A DNA stretch of 64,000 nt from Candidatus Poribacteria bacterium (GCA_965214095.1 OZ243938.1:3968001-4032000), one strand, 5' to 3'; counted from the stretch's first letter, positions 9,863 through 21,106 are shown. Notes: generated by a model from the sequence alone, not told the origin. Translations and numbers: made by a program.

Positions 9863-10687
9863 CTAACCATAAGCACCACTATTGAGAAATCCTAATAATC
9901 TACGTAGTCTTGGATTTGCATCCTTATAGACTGATTCCGGCATTACGTAATTCATAAACGGTTTGTATTTATGTCCTACCAGACGGCGTGCGTATGTAAT
10001 CTGTGTAATGTATCGAGTGCGTTGACTTTGGTTTGGTCCACCACGATGCCACACTTGATTGTTGAACATAATGACACTACCCGCTTTGCCAAGATTGTAT
10101 TTGATGTTATCTTTCCATTTTGTTCCATCTATTGGGTTTGAGGGTGATGCACCAAACAGGTGAGACCCGGGTATAACTTCTGTTCCACCATGTTCCACCT
10201 CTGTAACATCGGTTAGGTAGTAATTGGCAGTAAATAAGATGACAGGAAGACGAACATTCGTTGGAGGTTCACCATCAGTAACAATATAGTGTGGTGAGTC
10301 GTCTTGGTGCCAAGAAGTAATACCACCCCCAGGACGTGTTTGGAAGGAATTGTTGTGAATAATATGACATTCTCCAGGAATCAGTGCTTCAGCAAATGAT
10401 ACAATTGGTTCAATGTCAAACAACCTTAGGTTTGCTTTACTATGTTCGAACATACGATGCGATAGATGCATTGTAGATTCCATATTTCCACTGTTTAGTC
10501 CATTTGGATTGTTCTCAAGTGCCCAATCTAAATCCTCTCTGAGTTCTGCACAGTGGTCAGGCGTTAACACGTTCTGAAGGAAGAGGCATCCATCACGGTT
10601 GAAGGTTTCTACCCATTCCTGAATTTGTTCTTGGCTAACAACTTGCTCTGATAAGTACGTTGTCTTTTCTACTTTGTCATTTTCCAT
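9863..10687 (-). CDS. PhyH family Fe/2OG dioxygenase
   Basis: WHQDD, IPGSH, VWHRGGPN...R. Confidence 0.9.
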   Translation of the reverse strand: MENDKVEKTTYLSEQVVSQEQIQEWVETFNRDGCLFLQNVLTPDHCAELREDLDWALENNPNGLNSGNMESTMHLSHRMFEHSKANLRLFDIEPIVSFAEALIPGECHIIHNNSFQTRPGGGITSWHQDDSPHYIVTDGEPPTNVRLPVILFTANYYLTDVTEVEHGGTEVIPGSHLFGASPSNPIDGTKWKDNIKYNLGKAGSVIMFNNQVWHRGGPNQSQRTRYITQITYARRLVGHKYKPFMNYVMPESVYKDANPRLRRLLGFLNSGAYG

Positions 10688-10789
10688 AGTTTTACTTTTT
10701 TACAGGAGTGAACTCTGAATCGTCGTGAACAGTATCTATGATTCCAAATTCACTCCTAAATCAATAATTATTGTTAAAAATTTGGTCTG

Positions 10790-11131
10790 TTAACCCATTG
10801 CAGCAGCAACAATAATACCGAGTGACACAAGGACACCTGCAACTGCAATACCTGCAGCAACGTTGTTATCTTCTGCAATTTGCCTGTTTAGATCGTACGG
10901 TGTCGCTAAATCAAAGACTTTGTAACCCACCATTAGTATGACTAAACCGACAATACTAAAGACGGCTACTAAAATAATGTCTCTCGCAATCATTTTCCAA
11001 GGGAACATTGAGGGATCTACAGGGGCATCACCTTCATCTTGCGCATTCGCAGTGGTTACAAATACAGCAAAAACACAGAGCGATACCATAACTAAACAGA
11101 GTGTTATTGAGACAATTCTTTTCGCTAACAT
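10790..11131 (-). CDS. DUF350 membrane protein
   Basis: FDLATPYDLNRQIAEDNNVAAGIAVAG pattern; signal-like N-terminus plus 2 TM. Confidence 0.8.
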   Translation of the reverse strand: MLAKRIVSITLCLVMVSLCVFAVFVTTANAQDEGDAPVDPSMFPWKMIARDIILVAVFSIVGLVILMVGYKVFDLATPYDLNRQIAEDNNVAAGIAVAGVLVSLGIIVAAAMG

Positions 11132-11250
11132 GATTCCTCCTATACGACATAGATGTCTACTATTAAAAGTATAGTTTAGGGGTTAGGTCGTTATTTCGTT
11201 ATTGATTCAAATTTCCTACAACAATTGATACTATATAGGATTAAGTTAAT

Positions 11251-14200
11251 TTATTCAACATGTTTAAGAAGTTGAAACTGCATCTCTTCAGTGATGTGAA
11301 CCTGTTTAATAAGGATCGCGTCTTTTTCAGGTATGTAACGCCATCCAGATGTAACTTCTTCAAGTGATTCAACTTGTGGTATATCAATAGCAGAATCGTC
11401 TTTATTGCTACCACTCTCTGCGCTTTGTGAACGGATGAGCGACGGGGTTTGTTCATATCCCGTTATTAGCGTATGGCTTACTTCGCCTTCTGCGTATTTC
11501 AGAGTCCACTTTAATTCACCAGAACGAGAAGCAGTCAAGTTTTCTGGAGTTGCACCGGAACTCAGATGGATTGAACCTGTGATTGCTGTTTTTACGCCTG
11601 GGTCAAGTCCACTAAGTGTATAGACATTTACCATAATGTCCTCTGGATTGAGGTGAGGACCTTTACCTTCTGTACAGAATCCATAGAATCCATCAGGATA
11701 AGTTCCCTTCAGTTCACCATCTTCCCACTGTTGGTACATAGCACTCACAGTGATGCCTTCCGCAACCTGTCGCCACTTATCTTCTTGTGTATATTGATTG
11801 AGACGTTGTAAATAATATGCATACACTAAACCGTTCCATTGAACAGGGACACCTAACCATGAATGTGTGTAGAATGTAGTACCAAAAACTGGGATAGAAG
11901 CAAACTGCATACCGGGTCGGTCAGGCAGATGCCAATGATAAAGAAATGGCAAACCTGTTTCAGCCCAATATTCTGCCTTTTTCAGATAGGTTTTATTTCC
12001 CATGATTTCATGTGCTTCCACATAAGCACCGATTGCATGTGCTGCTGCGAGGATATCGGGTTCATAGAGCGGACATTCCCATACTTGAGCTCCGCGTGGC
12101 ACAGAAAAACGATCCATATAAGAAAGTGCTTTTTTACCTGCTTCAAGCGATGCTTTGTTTCCTGTTATGCGTGCATGCTTTAGAAGTCTGCGTGCATTTG
12201 CAGCACAAGTTCCAAGAACAACATCACCCGCTTTTCCAAGGTTCTGTGTTTTCTCAGAAGACGGTTGAAATCCCCAACTACCGTCATCAGCTTGAGATGC
12301 AATTATCGGCTGCACCTCATCTTCATAAGAACCGAGAGCAGCATCTAAGTGCCCATAGTAGAAAGGAAATTCTCCACTTAGAATGTGACACGAACCGCGG
12401 GCAGCTAATCCACCTGCCCCAACATCTCCAATGGTCTTTTCCGCAATCTCCTTGACACGTTCCTTAACTTCCTCAGATTTTGTAACAAGATAATCATACC
12501 ATAGTAAAGTTGCAAAACCGGGTTCATTCCGTGATGCCCAATCAACACAGTGTCTGGATTGCCTATTTTCCGCATCCCAGACAGTGTGCATAAAACCGTG
12601 TCGTGAGAGCAGGACTTCTTCTTCATCACTACGAGGTGGTTCCAAAGCTTTCGGAGTGCCATAGGCGGATGTCCAATGTGAGATCGCTTCTAATATAGTT
12701 GCATTGCCATCCGCTAAAATTTCACAGTCCAATGTGATTTCACGTTCAGGGGTGAGTTCGTAAGCTTTTTTGGCAATCAATGTGTTTTCTTCAACCCAGT
12801 CGGGTATGGTCGGAAGAAAAAGTGCCATCAAGTGATTTCTCTCTTCATGATGCCAATTGGGTGATGCGAATACAGCAGATACATTTTGTGCATTCCCATC
12901 CCAACTTTGCAGAGGATCCCACATAATACCAACAACGGATTTCTGAATCTCAACTGCCATCACTGGGATAGTAATTTTATATGGATGTGGGACAAGTCTG
13001 TTGTTGAGAGGCGGCGCAGCATCACGCGTGTTTGATGATGGTTCGTCACCCTCAAGGTATTCTAAGCCTGGGAAAAGGGCGGCTGTTTTCTTTTCACGGG
13101 AACTCTTGTGACCCGCATAAATTTCTAAACCGCGCAACGCAAGCAGCTCACGTTCCTTGTCAACAGTTAAACGATATGTCGTCTTAACTCGCTTTGTATC
13201 TTCGGTAAGGTTAAACTCTAACTGAAGTTTCCAATTGACACCATCCACATCTTTCTGTTCACCAGTTAGATACACAATGGCTTCACCAAGACTGTTTCCT
13301 GCTAATTGGACATTATCAGGTGCAAAGTCTATGTTATGAATAGTATCATTAGAACGGTATGTTGCCTGTGCAACCGTTTTTGAAGTTGCAACCTGTTGAT
13401 AGGCACTTCCCTTTGCTACGAAAATGGCGAAATACTCATAACCTTGTTGCGTAACCTTTTGCGGATTTGTTCTGCCTTTTGATTTGCGTGTGCTTTTTTG
13501 TGGTTGTGAACCGTTGTGAACCAGAATCAGACGTAGGTGTTTATTGCCTAATATCAGATGTTGATCATGCAAAAATGTATGGAGTTCAGAGTCGACCTGC
13601 GTATCAAACTTAGGCAAGGCAGGTCGAATGTTTACTACCCCTTTCATTTGCCCTTTTCCTTTGACAAATCGTGACTTGAGCGAGACTGTGAAATTAATCG
13701 TAGAAGGACGCGAAATGCCTCGTGCATACCATACAAAGGTCGTTGTATCACCAACTGCAAGTGTCTTCAGGTTATGTGCAGAACGTCCGCGTCTTAGTTT
13801 TACATCACCTATGGTAAGTCTTGCCTTATTCCCTTTAGCAAGAGGTCCTGTCCCAACATTTTTGATTGTACATTGGATTTCAAAGGCTTCACTTGTAGTA
13901 ACTACTGCTGCAGTTGCACCAACACTCACAATTTCTAATCTCGGTTGTGATGCATATAGTGTCAACTCAAGCGGTTCGGTATCCAATTGATTATGTATTT
14001 CCGAAGCGATATCTTGAGAAGGGGTGAAATCATCACGATTAATATCAAAGATAACAGTCTGGTCTTCTGGGAACTTCGCAATTGCCATACCACACTGTAT
14101 TTCTTGCCGTAACACAGGTGGATCTTCAGTTGAAGCATCTTGAGTCCGCGTCAGTTTTAAAAGTTGTGGCTGTCCCCATAATGCCCAGGCATAACTGCTA

Positions 14201-15225
14201 TTCCCTTCAACGTTACAATGTGTAATAAAAACGAGGTCCACTTGATTCCCAGCAAAACGTGTTAAATCCACACCGTTCTGTGACCAGTGACATTCCGTTG
14301 AAACACCTTCAAAACAGTGTTCACCAGAAATTTCTATACAGAACTTGACACCGCCAGGTTGTCTTTCAGCATCGTCAAATACCACACCGTCTCTGAGACC
14401 GGTATAGAAATGGAGAAAGAGCGTTTCCTTTTCTTTGACTGCAGGCAGTTCAAGTTTATAGACTATTCGCGATGGTTCGGTTGACGATGGGTGTTCAAAG
14501 AGAGCAGGTTTTGAAACGCCACCAGAAATGTCCGACATACTTGCAGAAATCTGTTCAGCACCAGAAGACTCACTCTCATCAAACATAGCAACGAAATCAT
14601 ATAACTCTTCACTTTCACCAAACGAATAGGGACGAATAGCATCTGTTGGTACAGGGGTTTCTTCAACTTCTGATGTTTCTTGTTCTTCAGGGGTTGGTTT
14701 TTCCTCTGGAGTCTCATCGGTATTAGCCTGATCTTCTGTCCCTGATGAAACTTCAACTGAAGGCGGTTCAAAATCTTCTTGGGTTTCTTGAGATTCAGTT
14801 GGTCCTTCCTCTTCAGAACTATCATCAGATTCAGATTGTCCCTTTAGTGTCGGATCATCTTCTTCTGAGGTATCTTCAGATTCGTCATTCTGTTCTGATT
14901 CAGAAACGTCATCTTGATCAGATACAATCTCAACTTCAGGAATTGTCGGTTCCTCTGAAGTTTCTTCAGAATCAGATGTTGCTTCTTCATCCTCTTTTGG
15001 TTGTTCAGGAGGTGTATCCTCTACCAAGTCAGGTGAATCAGTTTCGTTATCATTTTGGGTGTCCTGAGGATCTTCCTCTTCAACAGGTTCGGGAGTGTCA
15101 TTTTGATGTTCAGACTCTGGTTGTTCTGGTTCAACTCCCTCCTCATCATTGTGCGTATCTTCTTCCATTTTTCCAATTAAAAGATGATGGAAAAACGTCA
15201 TCATATTTCTTTCTCCTCTGGTCAA
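11251..15225 (-). CDS. Large hypothetical protein: acidic low-complexity N-terminus, beta-sandwich middle, putative (alpha/alpha)-barrel glycoside-hydrolase-like C-terminus
   Basis: 1324-aa ORF; E/D/S/P-rich first ~200 aa; SQADDGSWGF and YLKKAEYWAE helical-barrel-like motifs; follows the DUF2961 gene. Confidence 0.65.
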   Translation of the reverse strand: MTRGERNMMTFFHHLLIGKMEEDTHNDEEGVEPEQPESEHQNDTPEPVEEEDPQDTQNDNETDSPDLVEDTPPEQPKEDEEATSDSEETSEEPTIPEVEIVSDQDDVSESEQNDESEDTSEEDDPTLKGQSESDDSSEEEGPTESQETQEDFEPPSVEVSSGTEDQANTDETPEEKPTPEEQETSEVEETPVPTDAIRPYSFGESEELYDFVAMFDESESSGAEQISASMSDISGGVSKPALFEHPSSTEPSRIVYKLELPAVKEKETLFLHFYTGLRDGVVFDDAERQPGGVKFCIEISGEHCFEGVSTECHWSQNGVDLTRFAGNQVDLVFITHCNVEGNSSYAWALWGQPQLLKLTRTQDASTEDPPVLRQEIQCGMAIAKFPEDQTVIFDINRDDFTPSQDIASEIHNQLDTEPLELTLYASQPRLEIVSVGATAAVVTTSEAFEIQCTIKNVGTGPLAKGNKARLTIGDVKLRRGRSAHNLKTLAVGDTTTFVWYARGISRPSTINFTVSLKSRFVKGKGQMKGVVNIRPALPKFDTQVDSELHTFLHDQHLILGNKHLRLILVHNGSQPQKSTRKSKGRTNPQKVTQQGYEYFAIFVAKGSAYQQVATSKTVAQATYRSNDTIHNIDFAPDNVQLAGNSLGEAIVYLTGEQKDVDGVNWKLQLEFNLTEDTKRVKTTYRLTVDKERELLALRGLEIYAGHKSSREKKTAALFPGLEYLEGDEPSSNTRDAAPPLNNRLVPHPYKITIPVMAVEIQKSVVGIMWDPLQSWDGNAQNVSAVFASPNWHHEERNHLMALFLPTIPDWVEENTLIAKKAYELTPEREITLDCEILADGNATILEAISHWTSAYGTPKALEPPRSDEEEVLLSRHGFMHTVWDAENRQSRHCVDWASRNEPGFATLLWYDYLVTKSEEVKERVKEIAEKTIGDVGAGGLAARGSCHILSGEFPFYYGHLDAALGSYEDEVQPIIASQADDGSWGFQPSSEKTQNLGKAGDVVLGTCAANARRLLKHARITGNKASLEAGKKALSYMDRFSVPRGAQVWECPLYEPDILAAAHAIGAYVEAHEIMGNKTYLKKAEYWAETGLPFLYHWHLPDRPGMQFASIPVFGTTFYTHSWLGVPVQWNGLVYAYYLQRLNQYTQEDKWRQVAEGITVSAMYQQWEDGELKGTYPDGFYGFCTEGKGPHLNPEDIMVNVYTLSGLDPGVKTAITGSIHLSSGATPENLTASRSGELKWTLKYAEGEVSHTLITGYEQTPSLIRSQSAESGSNKDDSAIDIPQVESLEEVTSGWRYIPEKDAILIKQVHITEEMQFQLLKHVE

Positions 15226-15244
15226 TTTTTAGCAAGAAATGGTA

Positions 15245-16393
15245 TTACTGTTTTTCTTGCCACTGCTGTTTTTTCTGTTTCATTTCATCGTTGAGGACAA
15301 TTTCAGATGAAGGTGTTTGGCTGGTTTCGTCAATGATCCAATTGCCATCTTCATCTTTCAGCACAGGTTTGCGTTGTTCAACGGGTAGGATGCCAAACGG
15401 TTTATGCGGTTCTATCTGATACCAATAGGCAACAGAAGATGTTTCGTTGCTCAAGTGATTACCGTGTCCATGCTCAATAGTAACCCGTATCTCCTTCTCA
15501 AAACGGATAGGATTTTCAAGGTGATACACATAAGATGTCTGGTAACCTTTTGTATTGCTTTCGTGAATAGATGAACCGTTATGGGCAAATGCATTTCGTT
15601 GCATACCCCACGCCTGATTGAGATAGTCCTCTGAACCTGTGCCGTGTAAGTCTGGAGGCCATTTATAGCCATCAATCCAAATCATATCATCGCCTTCACC
15701 CCACCACGTGCCTTGAAAGTTGCTGACAGAAAGGTTACAACCGATATAGTGTCCTTTTCCTTCTGCGGATAGGATGAGATAGTTATTATCCCATGCGAGA
15801 CGTTCAGCATTGATGATATTCGCTTCCGCAGTGTTAACTGTGATTTCATGTCCCCATCCATCACAAGGATTTTCACGGTGGAATTGCGCGTGGAAATAGG
15901 CAGTATCCTCACCGAATGGTATAGGATAAAGTTCGTAGTCAACATAAAAATATTGTCTGTGTGATGTCCCACCTTCGTTGACAAGTTCAATCCGGGCAGA
16001 TTGGTTGAACGGCATTTGTAGATATGAGTTGAGTGCACATCCTGAATTAAACTGATTATTGTTGTGTGTAGATGCTGAAAACGGAATAGAGTCGTAAGAG
16101 TTCACGATTTCGTTTCCAAGACCAAAAAAATCACCTAACGGACATAAAACACTCGGATGTTCCTCATCGTCCCAAAACATCTGAATCAGCACGTTGCGAT
16201 ACCCATTTGGTTGCGTCATCCAGATGTGGTTGATACATCCTGGACCTTTAATATCTGCAAGTACGCGGGTTTCACCGGGTGCGATATCCCACGCATCGTT
16301 GTTGCGTCCTGTGGTATCCCACGAGGAAGCGCGTAGCGTCCGAGCATCTTTCACTCGCGTCAACGACGACAATAATCCATCAACATAGTTCAT
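15245..16393 (-). CDS. DUF2961 / GH172-like glycoside hydrolase
   Basis: SSWD.TG.N.D, GPG.I.HIW, PLGDFFG, WWGEGDD, GTGSEDY, IEHGH.N. Confidence 0.9.
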   Translation of the reverse strand: MNYVDGLLSSLTRVKDARTLRASSWDTTGRNNDAWDIAPGETRVLADIKGPGCINHIWMTQPNGYRNVLIQMFWDDEEHPSVLCPLGDFFGLGNEIVNSYDSIPFSASTHNNNQFNSGCALNSYLQMPFNQSARIELVNEGGTSHRQYFYVDYELYPIPFGEDTAYFHAQFHRENPCDGWGHEITVNTAEANIINAERLAWDNNYLILSAEGKGHYIGCNLSVSNFQGTWWGEGDDMIWIDGYKWPPDLHGTGSEDYLNQAWGMQRNAFAHNGSSIHESNTKGYQTSYVYHLENPIRFEKEIRVTIEHGHGNHLSNETSSVAYWYQIEPHKPFGILPVEQRKPVLKDEDGNWIIDETSQTPSSEIVLNDEMKQKKQQWQEKQ

Positions 16394-16455
16394 TCAGTTT
16401 TCCTTTTCTAATTCTCAATTGTGAATGTGAAAATATGTAAGAGGCATTTGAATTA

Positions 16456-17678
16456 TTATAACATATATGTAAGGAAAGTCAACATATTTATGATTAAATG
16501 AAAAAGTTGCCACTTACGGGGTTGAATGTGGCAACTTTGGGGTTCAATATTGGCAGGAAGAACTGTTTTTGGATTGGACCACCTCAATCTTACTCTTATA
16601 TATGGCGATTTTTGGTTGTTCTTAATCTTGCGGTTGCGATACCATTTGAAGTAAACAAAACATAATACTACACAGATAATAAGAATGGTTAACGAGATGT
16701 AAATCCATTGATTTTTTGTGCCGTTCTGTTTCTCATGCAATGGCGATTCGTCATCATTAGTTGCTATTGTAACCTGTCCCTGAGACTCAATTTTAGATTG
16801 ACTGGGTGTTGTATTTTCTTTGTAAAACCGTATTTGATGTTATTTTCGGTGGTGACGATGATATCAAATTCTAATTTAGGTTTTTTAAAGTTCTGGTTAG
16901 TAAGATACTTGTGTGAAATCAACTGAGGACTGTTTTTATTTATTTCTTTAAACTTGGAACTAATGACATTCTTTTCAGTTTCGTCTGTTTTTTCCAATGA
17001 TGACACACCTTGTTGATCATTTTGAACTTTAACAATAACATCTTTTGCTTCTACATTACTATTATTTTGCACATAAAACTCTAATCTAAACTCCTCCTGC
17101 AGGTGGATTTCTGTTTGTCGGTTGCTTCACTCTTAACTTCCCATTCCCTAAGTTCCAATTTGGGTGTGGCTTTCTTTCGAGTTTTGAATTTAAAAGGTTT
17201 TATGGGATATATTCGTCTGAAATTTGAATAAACAACGTAACTCTTAATTTCAGCACTACCATTGGAAAGTTTCGCTGAACCGGATATATTAATTCTCTCA
17301 GTTGTTGACCCACCCTCTTTGGGAATTGTTGACATATCATTAATTTCAGGAAACGACACTTCTCTTTTTGATATCTTCAGGTTCTGTGGAGAGTTTAAGC
17401 ACAATAGTAAGATTTTTGGCATCGCTATTTCCATAGTTCCGAATAGTGATAGAAAGTACATTTGGGTCTTTATCTCCACCGTCAAGGAACTCTTCTGAAA
17501 GTTCAATGTTTTCAGTCCTAAGTTTAGGTGGCATCGTGGGGTCAAAACCTTGTTGTGGTTCATGATATGTAATATCATCTGGAATCTCATTGCTGTGCTG
17601 TCCGGTGAACCACCCTTTAATTGTCTGAAAAAAAATCAACAATACAACCACTAATAGAAGAACACCAACGACTATCAC
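16456..17678 (-). pseudogene. Fragmented gene for a membrane-anchored CARDB/Ig-like protein
   Basis: Four consecutive same-strand fragments in different frames: N-terminal TM + ITIRNYGNSDAKNLTI; FPEIN...PKLEL; VQNNSNVEAKDVIVKV; C-terminal TM + RNRK. Confidence 0.6.
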
Positions 17679-17885
17679 AGTATGTTTGAAACTTTCCCAA
17701 ATCTCCGTTTCAAATACGAGGAAATTGGGGTGATGAATTTACCTAATGCTCTATGAACAGAACTTGGTATATACCTGATTCTCATAGTTCCTTACTCTTG
17801 CTTCCGGTCATAATTGCTTGTTAGCACATAAATATTCTCTTCGTTTCTGAAATCAGAATATTAATTCTTGGAAAATTCTGAAATA

Positions 17886-18332
17886 TCAACCGTTATTTCT
17901 CTTTTTGTTTGATTTCTTAAAGCCCTCGCCGACCCAATAGACAATCCCACCTAATATAGCAAGCGGTACAATTATAACTGCAAGAGCAAATAACGCTTTT
18001 ACCAGACTTTCAGATAGTACCCACATCCAAATGAAGAAACCTATAAGTAATAGTAAACCCAAGGCGGCAGCAAGTCGATCCCCACCTTCCCGCCAGTTGA
18101 TCTTTCGTTTCGGTTCCTGAAAGCCAATTCTACACCAATTGATGGTCCATACAATTAGGTAAATCAAAGCGGCGGGTATTATGATGATCTTAAGGGTAAA
18201 AAGCAATCCATTATTCCAAGTAAAGTAACTTCTGAAAAGGTTTTCTCTTGTGATTAATTCATAGAGTACCATAACCAAAAAAGCCAAAACGATTACTATT
18301 CTGAATAGTCCACTTTTCCAATGTGTATTCAT
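17886..18332 (-). CDS. Hypothetical 4-TM membrane protein with internal duplication
   Basis: AGGAGG RBS; two similar halves (HWKSG..R..TM..TM..W..IGF and NWREG..R..TM..TM..YW..EGF). Confidence 0.7.
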   Translation of the reverse strand: MNTHWKSGLFRIVIVLAFLVMVLYELITRENLFRSYFTWNNGLLFTLKIIIIPAALIYLIVWTINWCRIGFQEPKRKINWREGGDRLAAALGLLLLIGFFIWMWVLSESLVKALFALAVIIVPLAILGGIVYWVGEGFKKSNKKRNNG

Positions 18333-18772
18333 CTGTTCCTCCTTTTATTGCTCTTCAGTTTTCCTGTTTCTAATACGTGAGCGATATGATCTGTTGAAAA
18401 CATAGTATATTACTAACGGTCCTTTCGCTGCAGGTTTATAAATTTGCAGAACGATACATGCAAACCAAGTTGAGCCGAACAAAAATTTATGATACTGAAG
18501 CAGGTTGGGAACCGACACAAAACTTGATACTCTGACACACTTTTGAATGTTTGAAGGTATTGATGTATTTTTGATAGAACTATACGGTCATATACAACTC
18601 CTTATCGTTAGCGAAAAGCAGTGTAGTTTCAAATAAATAATATATTGACTATAGAAATCAAAAAACCACTCTTCCATATCCGTAACTGCGGAATGGAAGG
18701 CGAGGATCTATAAACATTTATAATACATATTGTTAATCTTTATAGGTCGTTAGTATAATAGCATTGACAGAA

Positions 18773-21106
18773 TTACGCATCGCTACTTTCTGAATCCACA
18801 AGATTGAGCATAGATGTTTCAGGATTAAATTCAAAATAGTACTGCTTATTACTATCCGAACTAGTTTTTGGTTCTGACTTGTGCCAAAAACGGCGTGTGT
18901 CAAATTTCAACGTTTGTTCTGTCGTTTCTTTCTTATCGTTAACAATAGATTCAAAACGAACCTTAGGATATCCTTGAGGTATCTCTTTTGGTGATGCTAC
19001 ATTCCATTCTATTGTATAATCATCTGGTTCTAAAGGATCTACCATATCCCAATCCTCATCCTCTTCCCACTTAACTTGGAAACTCATGTTACTTTTCGTA
19101 TTGTTGTGAATTATAAAAACAGGTCTTTTTGGAAAATAAGTATTCACAACAAGTACAGCAAGTACTACAATCAAAATACTTAATAGAACATCAAGCATAG
19201 AGAAAGACCTACCAAGTATAGAGAAAGACCATCCTTTTGATTTTTGAGGGATATTCTGTAATCCTTCGTTTAGAGATAACTTCTTTGCTTTTGAATTGTA
19301 CTTAAAATGATATTCAAAGGGTAGAAATTGATACTGGTCTGGTATGAATTCACTGTTTTTGTTAGAGTAGCCTATTCGGGTTCCGATCTTCTGGATATTT
19401 TCAGCAGATTTGTTATCTTCTGAAACAACAATATTCGATCTGATTTTCGTGGAATCTTCGGTTTCAATTACATTTTTTGAATAATTGATTTTCGCGGAAT
19501 CTGAAGGGGCAATTTCATACTGTTTATCGTAAAATTTCAGGTGTTTCGGATCAATAATATCTAATGTCCATTTATCGTTTTCACGCCATTTGTACTGAAA
19601 GAGGATCCGAACATCAGTAGGGTTATTGATTATGAATCTCTGAGTGCGCTTCAATTCTTCCAAGGATATACCCTTTGTTTCCACATTATTCTTAAATTGA
19701 TAATATAGAGGTGGATTCCCCCCTATCTGTTCTATGTCCTCCTTGATTTTAGTAGTCTTGTCAAAGTAACCTGTTTGTGTTAAAAGTGTTATAGAGCTCC
19801 TATTCCTTTCGGGGTATTCTCTATCACCTTGGATCTTGTCAAAACGGATTACTGGGTAACCTGGAGACACCCTCTCTGACGGTTGTCCGTATCTCCACTT
19901 TTCATTTGACTTTATGTACTCTTCTGTCCATTTTTCGTCTTCGTGCCATCTGTAGTAAAAAAATAAAGATGCTTTAGTATTATTGTGGATCATAAATGTT
20001 TGTACCAGTTTCATTTTCACCAGAGAAATTTTCTCTGTTTCAGGATCAGCCATAAATTGGTATCTCAGTGCATCATTGATCTCAATGTGGTCATTCAAAT
20101 CTCCAACATCTTTGATTCCTATACCGAAATACCGAGATTTGGTTTCTAATTCCTGTTCATTCTCCGATGATTCTTCACTATTCTGAGAATCTTTATATTG
20201 GATCTTCGGATATCCAGTTGGAATATCTTTGGAGAGTAGTGAGTGAAGTCGTTCTCTTTTGGGTTCTAAAGGTTCCTCTTCTTTCCAATTTTCATCTTCA
20301 TCTTCATTCCACTGAATGTTATAACTGATAGGCTGTTCAGTGTTATTATAGATTGAAAATATTTTTACTCCTTCAAATGTCTTATATAAGTCAATTATAG
20401 ATGATGTTGGAACAGCAAAAGTAATACCCTTATCCTGATTTATCGCTCTGGCAATTCCAATTAGACTCCCATCCATGTTGAGCACTGGACCACCACTATT
20501 TCCAAAATAAGCATCAGCATATATATGTAAATCACTATTCATTTCCTCTTTGAAGAATCCTGCTTTCCAGTGCCATAGAGGTCGTTCGTCTGGATGTCCT
20601 AAGATATGCACAGGTTTACCTTCTATTCTAGAATAATCAATTGAGAGAGGAAGTTTACGTGGAACAGCTGATCCTGGAAGGCCATCAAGTTCGATTATTG
20701 CCAAGTCTGGTTCGTTTTCTAAATGATTATATTTTGCGATGACACGTCCTCTTGTTACATAACCGAGACGTTCTAATGTGTTTTGATGATCCGTACTTCC
20801 ATAAAATGGTCGTGCCCTAACTATGTCTCCCGATGAGTCCCTAACAGCAAAAAAGACCTGCACCTCCTTATTTTCGCCGGTAACATGGTCATTGGTAACA
20901 ACGTACCTACGATTCTTGTTAATAAGGACACCACTCCCAGTTCCATCCTTAGTGACAATCCATACGACAAATTGGGTTGAACCATCTTTAACTACATCTG
21001 GAGTTATTGATAATTGTCCTATACAAATGCCTTCAACACAAAATATCAACACGGCAACAATTAAAGTTTGGAATATTATCTTTCTATACAAAATTGAATT
21101 TCTCAT
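18773..21106 (-). CDS. Trypsin-like (S1) serine protease with repeated beta-domains and a late TM helix
   Basis: TNDHV, DLAII and GNSGGP triad; signal-like N-terminus from ATG 21106 (GAAGGAG RBS); four F.I.NNT..W...GYP.I.F repeats. Confidence 0.85.
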   Translation of the reverse strand: MRNSILYRKIIFQTLIVAVLIFCVEGICIGQLSITPDVVKDGSTQFVVWIVTKDGTGSGVLINKNRRYVVTNDHVTGENKEVQVFFAVRDSSGDIVRARPFYGSTDHQNTLERLGYVTRGRVIAKYNHLENEPDLAIIELDGLPGSAVPRKLPLSIDYSRIEGKPVHILGHPDERPLWHWKAGFFKEEMNSDLHIYADAYFGNSGGPVLNMDGSLIGIARAINQDKGITFAVPTSSIIDLYKTFEGVKIFSIYNNTEQPISYNIQWNEDEDENWKEEEPLEPKRERLHSLLSKDIPTGYPKIQYKDSQNSEESSENEQELETKSRYFGIGIKDVGDLNDHIEINDALRYQFMADPETEKISLVKMKLVQTFMIHNNTKASLFFYYRWHEDEKWTEEYIKSNEKWRYGQPSERVSPGYPVIRFDKIQGDREYPERNRSSITLLTQTGYFDKTTKIKEDIEQIGGNPPLYYQFKNNVETKGISLEELKRTQRFIINNPTDVRILFQYKWRENDKWTLDIIDPKHLKFYDKQYEIAPSDSAKINYSKNVIETEDSTKIRSNIVVSEDNKSAENIQKIGTRIGYSNKNSEFIPDQYQFLPFEYHFKYNSKAKKLSLNEGLQNIPQKSKGWSFSILGRSFSMLDVLLSILIVVLAVLVVNTYFPKRPVFIIHNNTKSNMSFQVKWEEDEDWDMVDPLEPDDYTIEWNVASPKEIPQGYPKVRFESIVNDKKETTEQTLKFDTRRFWHKSEPKTSSDSNKQYYFEFNPETSMLNLVDSESSDA

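Noticed and set aside
14463-15419. 224-aa plus-strand and 120-aa minus-strand ORFs
   Set aside because: Antisense or alternate-frame by-products of the low-complexity acidic region of the 1324-aa gene.
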